Shown here: in pieces, positions 24,150 through 37,283 of the stretch
How the letters are laid out: every line of letters starts with the position of its first letter
Position numbering within the stretch: position 1 is the first letter of the stretch
Source: Octopus vulgaris
Taxonomy: Eukaryota
Reading direction: 5' to 3'
Assembly: GCA_951406725.2 (NCBI GenBank)
Contig: OX597816.1
Coordinates: forward strand, 171,554,001 to 171,618,000
DNA length: 64,000 nt
The notes under the pieces: model-generated
The model's database searches: none
The model's input: only the letters and a program-made list of their open reading frames with translations
What the model was told of the DNA's origin: nothing
Program-made: the position numbers and the translations under genes

Positions 24150-24918
24150 ATAATCTATAAAAAACCAAAGATTTTCTATAAATCTTGGTTCTGCTTTTTA
24201 GTGGAAGACAAATCAGCAGCATTGTCATAGGAGAGTAATGGCCTTGATAAAGCAATTAGTCAATCCCAATTACCATATTATGTGATTGAAGACTAAGATG
24301 TTTGCAGATATGACACCCTGGAAAGAGATGCTGGCATAATGCGTGTCCTTCCTTTAGCAAAATTTAGTTATATTGCATGGAACGACAGCTGGAAACAGTG
24401 GATTTTACAACAAAGTGATTGAAATTCGATTGTAAAGATAGTGGAATTCTCACTGATACTACAACGAAGTTGGGAATTCAGTTTTGTGATGTAGAATAAG
24501 TTATTGCATTACCACCTGAAGAATCGTCACCCCCAATCCTCAGTGAATCATCATCATCATCATCATCATCATTTAACGTCCGCTTTTCAATGCTAGCATT
24601 GATTTAGATGATTTAGATGGTATCATCATCATCATCATCATCATCGTCCGATTTCCATGCTGTCATGGGTTGGACGAAATGACTGAGGTCTGGCGAACCA
24701 GACTCCAATCTGATCTGGCAGAGTTTCTACAGCTGGATGCCCTTCCTAACCAAATACGTATATTTATATTCAGATATCCATTCACTTGTGTTACATATCT
24801 TTGTGGAAGTTTAATTTAAAATTTCAAAAATTCTATACACAATGTTCCAAAATTCACCGAAGATAGAATAATATAGATTATATCACAAAATATTATTTAT
24901 ATGGTATATAGTATATGT

Positions 24919-25226
24919 GGCGGCGCAATGGCCCATTGGTTAGGGCAGCGGACTCGCGGTCGTAGGATCATGGTTTCGATTCCCAGACCGGGCGTTGTGA
25001 GTGTTTATTGAGCGAAAACACCTAAAAGCTCCACGAGGCTTCGGCAGGGGGTGGTGATCCCTGCTGTACTCTTTCGCTGCAACTTTCTCTCACTCTTTCT
25101 CCTGTTGGCCTCCTTGCTTAGCCAGCAGGGTGGCGTCATTTGAAGGCTAAAACAATGCGAAGTGCATTGTGACCAGCGATGTGTAGCAACATCTGATAGC
25201 CTGGTCGGTCATGGTGATCACGGTGA
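24919..25226 (+). mobile_element. tRNA-derived SINE (Arg-like head)
   Basis: head related to 135-440; TSD atatagtatatgt. Confidence 0.8.
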
Positions 25227-26412
25227 TATAGTATATGTATTGTTGTTTAGCCGCCGGTCATCTTACTATTGCTATTTGTTCACCCAGGCTATCTCCATGT
25301 ATTGATAGCACTGTAAGCAATGTATGAGACAAAATTTGTTTACAGGAAGTTAATGATATGTATAACATAATTGTCGAGTTGTCCAGTATTATTCATTCTA
25401 GTTTTAGGTAGATCTTAAAAATAGCTAATTAGTAAGAGTCATCTCCCTTGCAGTATCAAAACTTCTTAGATAAAAGTTAAGCCTTTTCTAAGACAGAATA
25501 GTTTCATTTTGATAAATGTGTTATTGTCCTTTGTAATTGGTTTAATATTTGGATGCTTGTTGAATGATAACATACACAGTTCTTATAAACTATTGCCAGA
25601 TTACATATCATAATTGAAAATTAGGAACAGAAATGTAAGAGCATTTTTGGGGAATTGAATTTTATTCCTTCAATTTTTTAAAAGGAAAAGAACAAGTTTT
25701 GTTAAGAAATTTAACCTGTAAAATAAAAATAATAAAATGATGAAATAAAAAGAAAAATGGCAAATTCGCTTTAACTCTTTCAGCATTCAGATTACTCTAT
25801 TAAGTGTAATTCTTATTTATTCACATTATTTGGAATTAATCATACATTATCTTATAGCTTTGAGATTTAGATGGTATCATCATCATCATCATCATCATCG
25901 TCCGATTTCCATGCTGTCATGGGTTGGACGGTGCAACTGGGGTCTGGGAAGCCAGAAGGTTGCACCAGGCCCAGTCTGATCTGGCAATGTTTCTACGACT
26001 AGATGCCCTTCCTAACGCCAGCCACTCCATGAGTGTAGTGGGTGCTTTTTACGTGCCACCGGCACAGGTGCCAGACGAGGCTGGCAAACGGCCACGGTCG
26101 GATGGTGCTTTTTACGTGCCACCGGCACAGGTGCCAGACAGAGCTGGCAAACGGCCACGGTCGGATGGTGCTTTTTATGTGCCACCGGCACGATTGCTTA
26201 TTTTAAGAATGACATTGTAGGGTAAGTGTGAGAGGTTGGATCTGGCCAGTCTGAGCATAAAATAGGTAGAATATTTTGGCTTGATATGGCTGATTTAAAT
26301 GCTAAAGGATTAGGGTTATATCAGATTAAGTTTAGGTATCAAAAGATTTCACAATAACAAAGCATTTGTATTTTAATACTCATCTTCATATTAAGTTTGT
26401 TTTAAAATCTTA

Positions 26413-26853
26413 CCGTAAATCCTCGAGTATAATCTGCATTTTTTCCCCCAAATTAAAGGTCAAAATCTCTAGTGCGTATTATACACGAGGTTAAAAATGA
26501 AAATTATTTTCTAAGCAATGTTCGAGTCTCTATTTGCTGTCAGGCAATGTTTATTCAGATGCATTTTGTGATGTCGGGCGCGAAAATACCTTAAATACCT
26601 TAAATCATACCTTAAATCATCCATAACAAACTGCACAAAAAAGCTACACATTTGCATTATGTTATATATACAATAATAATAAAGTACATTACCGTGTACA
26701 TTTTACAAACCAAGGACGTTATATAGACCTCCTTGACTCAAGTTAGAGAAGGGGTGCGTATTATACACAAGGTTTAGGTTTTTCAGAGGTACAGCCCGCT
26801 AAAAATCCCCTGCGTATTATACTCAAGGGCGGACTATACTCGAGGATTTACGG
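26413..26853. mobile_element. Tc1/mariner (pogo/Tigger-like) MITE
   Basis: TA|CCGTAAATCCTCGAGTATA ... TATACTCGAGGATTTACGG|TA. Confidence 0.85.
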
Positions 26854-27122
26854 TATATATATGAGAGGATATTTGAGTGCATATATCAGATGGCAGATTT
26901 AGTAGAGTTTTCTGCAGAATACCTTCTGATTTTTGATTATGAGCATTCTTTCTGGGTTGACTTTGCGTTTGTGTTTCTGAAGTCAATAAAATAAATGCTA
27001 AAATTGATATTATCGACTGTCGTCATATTGGGACACCTGAATGGCGGTGCCCCAGCATGGCCCCACAGCTCGTGAGCTGAAACTAGATAAAATGAAAAAA
27101 AAAAAAATGAAAAAATATCGAA

Positions 27123-27295
27123 TAGGCGCAGGAGTGGCTGTGTGGTAAGTAGCTTGCTAACCAACCACATGGTTCCGGGTTCAGTCCCACTGCGTGGCAT
27201 CTTGAGCAAGTGTCTTCTGCTATAGCCCCGGGCCAATCAATGCCTTGTGAGTGGATTTGGTAGATGGAAACTGAAAGAAGCTTGTCGTATATATG

Positions 27296-27330
<35 letters not shown>

Positions 27331-27533
27331 CTGTGTTTGTCCCCCTAGCATTGCTTGACAACCGATGCTGGTGTGTTTATGTCCCCGTCACTTAGCGGTT
27401 CGGCAAAAGAGACCGATAGAATAAGTACTGGGCTTACAAAGAATAAGTCCCGGGGTCGAGTTGCTCGATTAAAGGCGGTGCTCCAGCATGGCCGCAGTCA
27501 AATGACTGAAACAAGTAAAAGAGTAAAAGAGAG
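27123..27533 (+). mobile_element. SINE family A
   Basis: full-length match; further copies near 30324-30700(-), 31075-31665(-), 32248-32640, 32645-32992, 38170-38567, 39700-39990(-), 41681-42116, 54565-54790(-). Confidence 0.85.
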
Positions 27534-27851
27534 AATGTAGTAAAAACATATTTATCTAATGTGCTGGTGGCACGTAAAAAACAGCCACTACACTCGCGGA
27601 GTGGTTGGCGTTAGGAAGGGCATCCAGCCGTAGAAACACTGCCAGATCTGACTGGGCCTGACGAAGCCTTCCAGCTTCACAGACCCCAGTTGACCCATCC
27701 AACCCATGCTAGGATGGAAAGCGGACGCTAAATGATGATGATGATGATGATGATGTGCATGTGAAATGAAAAAAATTTGCAATGATTCTCATTATTTTCC
27801 ATTTACTCTGTGTTAGTAATTCACTAATTTATTTCAATTTATCTTTCACAG

Positions 27852-28149
27852 GTTGCTCCGGTGTCTGCAGTCAGTGTTATTGCTCTTGGTATCACCACCT
27901 GTCCTCATATATTTGGCTTCTGTTGTTTCAGTAATAGATGAGCAGAGACCAGATTCCGTGATTGACATAATAGTTAATGCTTGGTCTCAGCTTAAAGATA
28001 CTGTATTATTAAGTATTCTAGACTATTCACTGCTCTCCTGTTGGACATATCCAGTATTTTGCTTTGCTATCTATCCAAACTGGATAATGTTGTGGGGTGT
28101 ATCTCACATGAGACTTGAAAGCGACAGCACTTTATTCCGTTTCAGTTAG
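27852..28149 (+). CDS. GPAA1: GPAA1 last coding exon: LLRCLQSVLLLLVSPP...IYPNWIMLW...FRFS*
   Basis: ttcacag acceptor, phase 2; LLxSP and YPxWxxxW Gaa1 C-terminal motifs; TAG at 28147-28149. Confidence 0.93.
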
Positions 28150-28477
28150 ATCAATTTTTTTTTTTTTGTATTTTATTTATTTATTTTCATGTCAAAGAGG
28201 AACAGTGGCTGTGAATTTCAGCTGCTAGACTACAGACTGGATGGTCACGAGTTCAAGTCTTAGTTTTACTACAGCCATTGAATGGTCCTTCTGAACATGG
28301 CACATAAATCCAGTCTCTGTTATTTCTGAATGATATAAAACAGATTCTGTTCCTATTTCACTGTTGAGTTGTTAGCAGCAACCATCCTTTCTGTAATAGC
28401 AACTGCTCCTGCAATGAACTCATGGGAAAAAAAAAATTAATGTAAAACTTAATTTTTACAATAATAATATTACTATT

Positions 28478-28483
28478 AATAAA
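28478..28483 (+). promoter_or_regulatory. Candidate polyadenylation signal AATAAA for GPAA1
   Basis: AATAAA ~330 nt after the stop codon with T-rich tracts downstream; another AATAAA near 28913. Confidence 0.4.
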
Positions 28484-28981
28484 AAGAAAACTGATTTAAA
28501 ATAAGTCAAAATTTTGAATTTTTATAACACACACGCACACTTTTTTTTTTTGATTTGACAAATATCTGTTGTAAAGTTGTACTGAGCAGGTTAAGAGATG
28601 TGATATTTACATTTACTGAAAAAACAACTTTTTGAGGTAAATATAGAAACGTCATCATCATTATCATCATTGTTTTAATGTCCCCTTTCCAAGCTTGCAT
28701 CAGCTGAATGGAATTCTTTGAAGCAGTTTTTATGATTAGATGCTCTTCTTGTTACCAATATTCACTCATTTCCATGCAAGGTAATATTTCCCTGTGGCCA
28801 GACATATTTGGAAACGACACCACTTGTATGTTGGTGATACTTGTTTACATCTATTTCACAAAGGAAACACACATATGTACATTTATATATATATATAATT
28901 ATTATTTGAGGGAATAAAATCCAAACTTACAAGGAAAAAGAATTCAATTAAGAAATACTAAATCAAATTCCACACAATATG

Positions 28982-29001
<20 letters not shown>

Positions 29002-29012
<11 letters not shown>

Positions 29013-29292
29013 AAAACACCTTTTATCAATTCAAAATGAATTACACCATGTAGAAAATTACATATAATAGAAAAGTTAAAATTAGAATAACAATTAAAAA
29101 GTAAAGATTAAGTAAATTACAAGAATAATGTAATGTATATAATAGGTAGAAATTACATTATTCTTGTAATTTACTTAATCTTTACTTTTTAATTGTTATT
29201 TTAATTTTAACTTTTCTATTAATGTAATTTTCTAGATGGTGTAATTTAATTATTCATTTTGAATTGATAAAAGGTGTTTTTTTGTCTAATAT
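29002..29292. repeat. Long AT-rich inverted repeat (~135-bp arms, 17-nt spacer)
   Basis: 29002-29134 is the near reverse complement of 29152-29292. Confidence 0.9.
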
Positions 29293-31800
29293 TTTATTTA
29301 TATTTATTTATTTATATATATAATGTATACACACATACAACAAGCTTCTTTCAGTTTCCGTCTATCGAACTATGTAGTTGAGAAATGAACTTTTTTAACC
29401 AGATAGTCATACTTTTGCCTCTTTGTTTTCATTAAAAGGTTGTTACTTTTTGGGTGTTATAGAAACAAAAACCATTAACAAAGACAAAAATTGATATAGG
29501 AATTTGCAACTACTCTTACATTGGCCAGCACACTAAAGATGTTAATCCTCAACATTCAAGACTGACTGTTTAGCAAACAGGATTTGTTAAAATAAGGGAC
29601 CAGAAACTCAACTTCAGATCACAGACCCACTTCACTTATGAACAGCTTCCTTTCATCTCAATCTTTTTTTTTTTGCCTGTTACTGAAAATTTTTAATGCT
29701 TATCTTTAGTTTTGCTAGATCATCATCATCATCATCGTTTAACGTCCGTTTTCCGCGCTAGCACGGGTTGGACGGTTCGACCGGGGTCTGGGAAGCCAGG
29801 GGCTGCTCCAGGCTCCAGTCTGATCTGGCAGAGTTTCTACGGCTGGATGCCCTTCCTAACGCCAACCACTCCGCGAGTGTAGTGGGTGCTTTTTACGTGC
29901 CACCTGCACAGGTGCCGTGGGGGAGGGGGCATCCGGCATCGGCTACGATCGGTTGGAGCTTTTAACGTGCCAGCCAGGGCGGCGCTGGCAATGTTCGGAT
30001 GGTGCTTTTTATGTGCCACCAGCACAGAAGCCAGTCGGGGCGGCGCTGGCATCGGATTATTTCAGTCAGGTCTTTTGCAGTGCTTCTTGTATAATTTCCA
30101 TTCCTCTGGCAGCTTTCATTGATCTGTCCAGTTCACATGGCTGTACTGTGTGACTGATATTTCTGAATTAATTCAGAAACAGTGGGCCAGCACAGAGAAC
30201 TTGTCATTCTGCAGATGGTGAAACCTCAATACTCTGGGGATTAAATGACGGTACCTCATCTGAAAGATTCCTAAAGTAACATATGGCCAGTAAGAGAAAT
30301 GCATTGTTTTTGTTAAACTAGTTACTCTCTCTTTTACTCTTTTACTTGTTTCAGTCATTTGACTGCGGCCATGCTGGAGCACCGCCTTTAGTCGAGCAAA
30401 TCGACCCCGGGACTTATTCTTTGTAAGCCCAGTACTTATTCTATCGGTCTCTTTTGCCGAACCGCTAAATGACGGGGACGTAAACACACCAGCATCGGTT
30501 GTCAAGCAATGCTAGGGGGACAAACACAGACACACAAACACACACACACATATATATATACATATATACGACAGGCTTCTTTCAGTTTCCGTCTACCAAA
30601 TCCACTCACAAGGCATTGGTCTGCCCGGGGCTATAGCAGAAGACACTTGCCCAAGATGTCACGCAGTGGGACTGAACCCGGAACCATGTGGTTAGTTAGC
30701 AATGACTGAAACAAGTAAAAGAGTAAAAGAGTATACTCTTAAAACTCATCTGGATAAGATGATATGAAAGGAAAACAATGTAAGAAGGAATTAGAGACTG
30801 ATATTTGTTTCAGGAGGAAATTCCACAATATTCATTATCATGTTGAAACTCTTAAATAAACACTCAGAACTCTTATCATTTTACTACTGCAGTAAAAACT
30901 TCCAATAAAAGAACACTTGATCTAGTCTTGACCTCAGCTGACAAAACTCCTCAAAAAGTGTCACAGAATCTAACGACAATAAAACATACACAACTGTTAA
31001 TGTTTATGTCCCCCTTGAAATTATTGTGGACAAAGATAAAGTCTATTATCTAAATAAAATACTTAGCACTTTTTATATTTTACATGTTTCAGTGCTGGGC
31101 CCCGCCTTGAGGAGTTTTAGTCAAATGGGTTGACCCCAATACTTTTGTTTTAAGGCCTGGTACTTATTCTATCCGTCTCTTTTGCCAAACTGCTAAGTTA
31201 CTGGGACATAAACACACCAGCACCGGTTGTCAAGCAGTGGTGGGGACAAACACAAAGACACATACAATGGGATTCTTTTAGTTTCCTATTTCTTTACTGC
31301 TCACAAGGGGCTACACACAGAAGGGACAAACAAAGACAGACAAATGGATTAAGTCGATTATATCGACTCCAGTGTGTAACTGGTACTTGTTTAATCGACC
31401 CCGAAAGGATGAAAGGCAAAGTCGACCTCGGCGGAATTTGAACTCAGAACGTAGCGGCAGACGAAATACCGCTAAGCATTTCGCCCGGCGTGCTAACGTT
31501 TCTGCCAGCTTGCCTTATTTTAGTTTCCATCTATCAAATCCACTCACAAGGTTTTGGTTGGTCTGAGGCTATAGCAGAAGACATTTGCCCAAGGGGCCAT
31601 GCAGTGGAACTGAACTTAGAACTCTGTGGTTGGGAGGCAAACTTTTTACTACACAGCCACACCTGCATGACTTGAGGAGGAAGGAAGATTGTGATTAACT
31701 GAATTTTAGTTTTGGATGGTTTAAGGTTAGTTTCTTTCTGTTTAGTAAATTCATTGTGTGGAGCTGCTCTTAATGACAGAACCTGATCATGACCATATAA

Positions 31801-31834
<34 letters not shown>

Positions 31835-34445
31835 CATTGTGTACAGTGCTCAGGTGCACTACAACTCATCTAAAGTGTATGTATAGTACATAGGGTAATG
31901 TACAAGTGTCAGGAAAAGAATAGTGCATGAGTCATGACATACACTTATGTGTATGAGTATGGAAGGGGGACAATCAGGTATAGTTTCGGCGGATTTCGGA
32001 AAGCATGAGGGCCTTAAAGGATGCAGTGTCATGGCAGTCAACAACTGACGCAGGCAGTTTGTTCCATGCTTCAGCAACTCTGAGCGTGAAAAAATGTTTC
32101 CAAAAGTCATGTTCTCTGTTTTCTGACTTTTCTGACTAAGTACCTAAAAAAAAAAAAATAGACTACTGTAGAATTCTGAAAGGCACATGAAAACAAGGCT
32201 GTTCATTTTTTTTTAAATATTTGATAAAAATGTAAATTCTTCATGAATAGGGAGGCATAGTTGTGTCATAAGAAGTTTGCTTCCCAACCACATTGTCCTG
32301 GGTTCAGTTCCCCTGTGCGACACCTTGGATGAGTATTTTGCCATAGTTCCAGGCCAACGAAAGTGTGAGTGGGTTTGGCAGGTGGAAACTGAAAGAAGCC
32401 CATCATGTAAATGTGTGTGTGTGTGTGTGTCTTTGTGCCCCATCACCAATGCATGACAACCAGTGTTAGTTTGTTTACAACCCTGTAACTTAGCTGTTTG
32501 GCTAAAGAGGCCACTAGAGTAAGTACCCGGTTTAAAGAAAAAAGTAGGTACTCAGTTCAATTCTTTCAACTAAAACACTTCAAGGTGGTGCCCCAGCATG
32601 GCCTCAGTTCAATAACTGAAACAAATAAAAGAAAAAGGATACTATAGGCGCAGGAGTGGCTGTGTGGTAAGTAGCTTGCTAACCAACCACATGGTTCCGG
32701 GTTCAGTCCCACTGCGTGGCATCTTGGGCAATTGTCTTCTGCTATAGCCTTGGGCCGACCAATGCCTTGTGAGTGGATTTGGTAGACGGAAACTGAAAGA
32801 AGCCTGTCGTATATATGTATATATATATGTGTGTTTGTGTTTGTCCCCCTAGCATTGCTTGACAACTGATGCTGGTGTGTTTACGTCCCCGTTACTTAGT
32901 GGTTCGGCAATAGAGACCGAAAGAATAAGTACTGGGCTTACAAAAGAATAAGTCCCGGGGTCGAGTTGCTCGACTAAAGGCGGTGCTCCAGTATAAGCCA
33001 TAAGCAGAAGACCTACACCACAACATTTAAACATTTATTGCTGGCAAACACTGGGAAATAAATATATCCTCAAATAATTACGTTTTCTGTTTTTTTTTAG
33101 TTCAAATCTTAGAATAGTGAGTGTGAAGGATTAAGGGTTTCCCAAAATGTTTCATAATAGTAAAGTGTTGAGAATCTCTGATGTAGATAATGGTGATGGA
33201 AGTGATTGCCTGCAAAATATTGTAATTTTGAGAAACGTTAGAAAATCAAAGTTAACCACCCCGACTTACACCTCTTTCTGACAGGTGAGCAATAGATCAG
33301 ATAAAATTTAAAACAACTTCAATCTCTCAGTACTAGTCCAATGCATTTCATGTCTAGTTTTTTTAAATTTTTTTTTTTTTTTTTTTTAGCCGAGTTATTT
33401 CATGTTTTGACTGTCATCAACCTTGACAGAATAATGGAAGTCATTTCTTACTCTTTGCCTCTTCGTCTGTCTACCTCTTGTTCTTTGTTGTTTTTTTTTC
33501 TTTCTCTCAGCTATGAAAGTAGTTGGAAAAAAAATAATGTGTCAGATAAATCAAGTAAAGTTAAAGCTGGTAAGTAAGATGTGAAGAGAAACTATGAATA
33601 TGTAGTAAAATCATTAATTAAGTTCAAAAGAAACTGAAGTGGCTTAAGGATGCAAATGTTTGGGATGGATAGGGAAGAAGGACAATCAGTTAAGAGGTCA
33701 GTAGATAAGAATATGTTATTGCTACCATGTTTTCCAAAGCCAATACTATGTTCCTCATTGACTGAGCTTTGCACTGTCAGTAGCAATCACAAACTATTCT
33801 CCTTTACAACTGTAAGCAGTGGTAGCACTGTAAAATTAACAAGTGCTTTGTTACTTTGCCTTGATGAGTTGATATGTGATGATACCTTACGAAAGAATTT
33901 TCAGTAAAAATATAAAAAAGATACTGTAGGAGTCTAAAACACAGAATTGTCTTACATTTCGTTAGTGTTTTAAAATAATTACACTTTATAAAATGATAGG
34001 CTTATGAAAATAAAAATATTTTGAAATGCAGTCTTGTCAAATGGCAATTCCCTTCCAGCTTCCACACATCTGTATCCAATTACCATATTTCACCTCATAT
34101 TCTCCATCGTTCATGCATGCTAACATTATGCATTCATTGAAGCATGCTAGTTTCTCCAATATAAAAATGTTCCCCCACCTCTTCTAATCTCGGTAGACTT
34201 GTTGACTGAAAGTTGTCACAGTCCTGTATACAATACTTTGCTGATAATAGGAGGCACTTATGGTCAGTTGTCCTGTGGCCAATTCATTCAACTACTTTTG
34301 GACATTGGTAAAAAATATGGAAGTAAATTTCTCCTCTGTATTCATTGCATTTCAACGTAACGAAGCGCTGGGTGTCCACTGTGTTTCATGCTTGTACTTG
34401 AAATCTTCTCCCTTGTACCTTACATCTACTTTCTCTTATTATATA

Positions 34446-34844
34446 CTAGCAGTATCGCCCGGCGTTGCTCGGGTTTGTAAGGGAAATAACTATATAAGCA
34501 TTTTTACAGATGTAAAGTATAATAGCCATCTCAATATGGCTAACCACAAAAGATGGGGGGTGTTACTGTAGCTTTTTACGTTCTGAGATTTAATAATAAA
34601 TTTTTAGAGAGTTACTTCCCTTATATATGCCAAAAGTGCATTAAAAATGGGAAAAATTGATGGTAAGTTTTTTTTTAAATCGTAGACTCATCGTAGACAC
34701 GCGCTAATACTCAGAAGGGCTCGATATGAATCACGACTATAAGATACCCGGTTTTGGTTAAACTGCACCGCAAAATGTGGGAGTAGTTAGGAATCTAAAT
34801 CATAGGAGACAGACAGCACACAACCTCACTTTTATATATACAGA
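34446..34844 (-). mobile_element. Non-autonomous Helitron
   Basis: same termini as the 1023-2595 family. Confidence 0.88.
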
Positions 34845-35329
34845 TTAGCTACAGAGACAGTATTAACTCTGAGAAGTAATATTTATTCCCATTTAAATAT
34901 GGATGTTCTGCTAGAACAAACTGACTGAAGCTGAAGCATGGATCAAACTGCCGGCATCAGTTGTTAGTTGTCGGAGCACTGCATCCTTCAAAACTTCCAT
35001 GCTTTCTGAGATTCGCCAACACTACACCTGATTTTCTCCCCTCCATACACACGCAAGCATGTATCTTACTCATACACTGTTTGCTTTCCAGACATTTGTA
35101 CATTACTGCATGTGCTTTATACGCACTTTTTGACAAGTTGTGGTGCACCTGAGCACTGTATACAATAATTTCATTATCATTATTATTTTATTATTACTGT
35201 GGTAGAGACCTTTAGAGAAACTCTCATATAGGCTTTTGGTGCAAAATGCAAGCTTCTAATTTCTCTTATGCTTAGTTTTACTTTCAGTTCATTTGAACTT
35301 TGTTATTCATGCATGCAACAAACATCCAG

Positions 35330-36868
35330 CAAGGAAGATGATAAGCTACAGGAGAGGTACACAGGAGAAGGGAGCAACAGTTCAGTGCTCTGAGTAGAGG
35401 AGCAGAGGAGAGAGAGATTGGAGGGACTGAGGAGAGTGTAACAAGGAGGTAAGGGTACTTCACCAAAGCAGTAGCAGAAGCAAGTGAGGTCCTGGTGCCA
35501 AGGAAAGAGGAAGGAAGGAAGGAACACCAGTTCTGCAGACCCAAAAGTGTGTGCAGCTAGAGAGCATCTGAAAACTGCTAAAGACCAATTCCTTGTTAAT
35601 CCTAGGAATGAGAAGGTGGAGATGGTGAAGGAAGAACTCTGTACCACTTACCCTGAGGCCAGAGAGGATGCACTGATGGAGAAGATCAGAAGTGTGGAGA
35701 GAGAAGTTGACAGGTCTAGGTGTAAATAGAACTGGACGATCATCAATGAGATCACAGGGAGGAAGAGAGGGAATTTGAGTCAGATCCAGGGAACAAACTA
35801 CAGGGGTATCTCACTGATGTCACTCGTGGCAAAGATCCTCAACAGGATGGTTCTTAATGGGATCCAGTCTGAGATGGATAAGAAGCTCAGGGACAACCAG
35901 AACAACCTCAGAGAGGGAAGATCAACCATCTGTCACATTCTAATGCTGAGGAGGATATTAGAGGGAGCTAGAGCAGAGAGCCTTCCTGCTAACATGGTTT
36001 ACATTGACTTTAGGGAGTCCTTTGATTCTGTGGACTGTCATTGCCTGATGAAGATCTTACAGGCTTATTGAATCTCCAAGAAGATAGTGTTCCTGATATT
36101 GCTGCTCTACACCAACGCCAGAGCCAAAGTCATTACACCTGGTGGGATGACGGAGTTCTTTGAGATACTGGCTGGAATGCTTCATGGAGATACATTAGCT
36201 CCCTACCTTTTTATCATTGTATGCATCTTGCATTGGAGAAACACCAGGCTTTACTGTAGTGCTGGCTCAGAACAGGAGGGTCAAGGCTAAAATGATATTA
36301 GATGCTGAATTTGCTGACGACATAGTTCTGGTGACAAACACAGTGAGGGAGGCAGAGGAGTTGATACAGGAGGTGGAGACTGTGTCGATAAGTGTGGAGC
36401 TGAAGGTGAATGAAATTAAGATGTAGTATCTGGTAGAGAACATTAAGAAGCCAGAGGAGATTATGAATGTAGGCGGGAAGCCACTAGAGTTGGTTGAGGA
36501 CTTCCTGTATCTGGGTGCAAAGATTGGGAATACAGAAGGTGATATGGTTGAGAGGAAGAGCAAATCCCGGGTGGCATGCCACATTTTGAGATCTATATGG
36601 GAGTCGGAACTTTGTAAAGACCTGAAGATCCATCTCTTCGCTGCTGCTGCAGTGGAATCTGTGCTGTTGTACAGGTCTGAGACTTGGACACTGACCAAGA
36701 AACTCACTCAGATGGTGGATGGGTGCTACATGAGAATGTTGGGGATGGCTTTGAACATTAATCAGTAAACACTGAGGATGAGAAACTCAGAGCTGTATGA
36801 GAGCCTGTCAATAGTTAGCTTGAAAATAACACAGAGGAAACTGAGGTTAGCTGGATATGCTCACTGTC
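35330..36868 (+). mobile_element. Degenerate RTE/RTE-X LINE ORF fragment
   Basis: NYRGISLMS..AKILNRM, YIDFRESFDSV, GMLHGDTLAPYLFII, FADDIVL, FLYLG, SETWTLTK motifs with stops and frameshifts. Confidence 0.85.
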
Positions 36869-36879
36869 ATTTATATACA

Positions 36880-37283
36880 TCTATATATATAAAAGTAAGG
36901 TTGTGTGCTGTCTGTCTCCCACGATTTAGATTCCTAACTACTCCCACATTTTGCGGTGCAGTTTAACCAAAAGCGGGTATCCTATAGTCGTGATTCATAT
37001 CGAGCCCTTCTGGGTATTAGCGCGCGTCTACGATGAGTCTACGATTTAAAAAAAAATTTACCATCATTTTTTTCTATTTTTAATGCATTTTTTTGCTATT
37101 ATATAAGGGAAGTAACTCTCTAAAAATGTCTACGATGAGTCTACAATTAAAAAAAAAATTTACCATCATTTTTTTCTATTTTTAATGCATTTTTTTGCTA
37201 TTATATAAGGGAAGTAACTCTCTAAAAATGCTTATATAGTTATTTCCCTTACAAACCCGAGCAACGCCGGGCGATACTGCTAG
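36880..37283 (+). mobile_element. Non-autonomous Helitron
   Basis: A|TC ... hairpin CTAG|T. Confidence 0.88.

Noticed and set aside
27658-27685. CTGACGA/CTGATGA + hairpin in SINE C (also 8523-8545)
   Set aside because: No GAAA after the hairpin, and other copies read CTGGTGCA; not a hammerhead
33592-33907. Overlapping ORFs on both strands in non-repetitive DNA
   Set aside because: No recognisable motif, in-frame stop on the minus strand, no consistent exon chain
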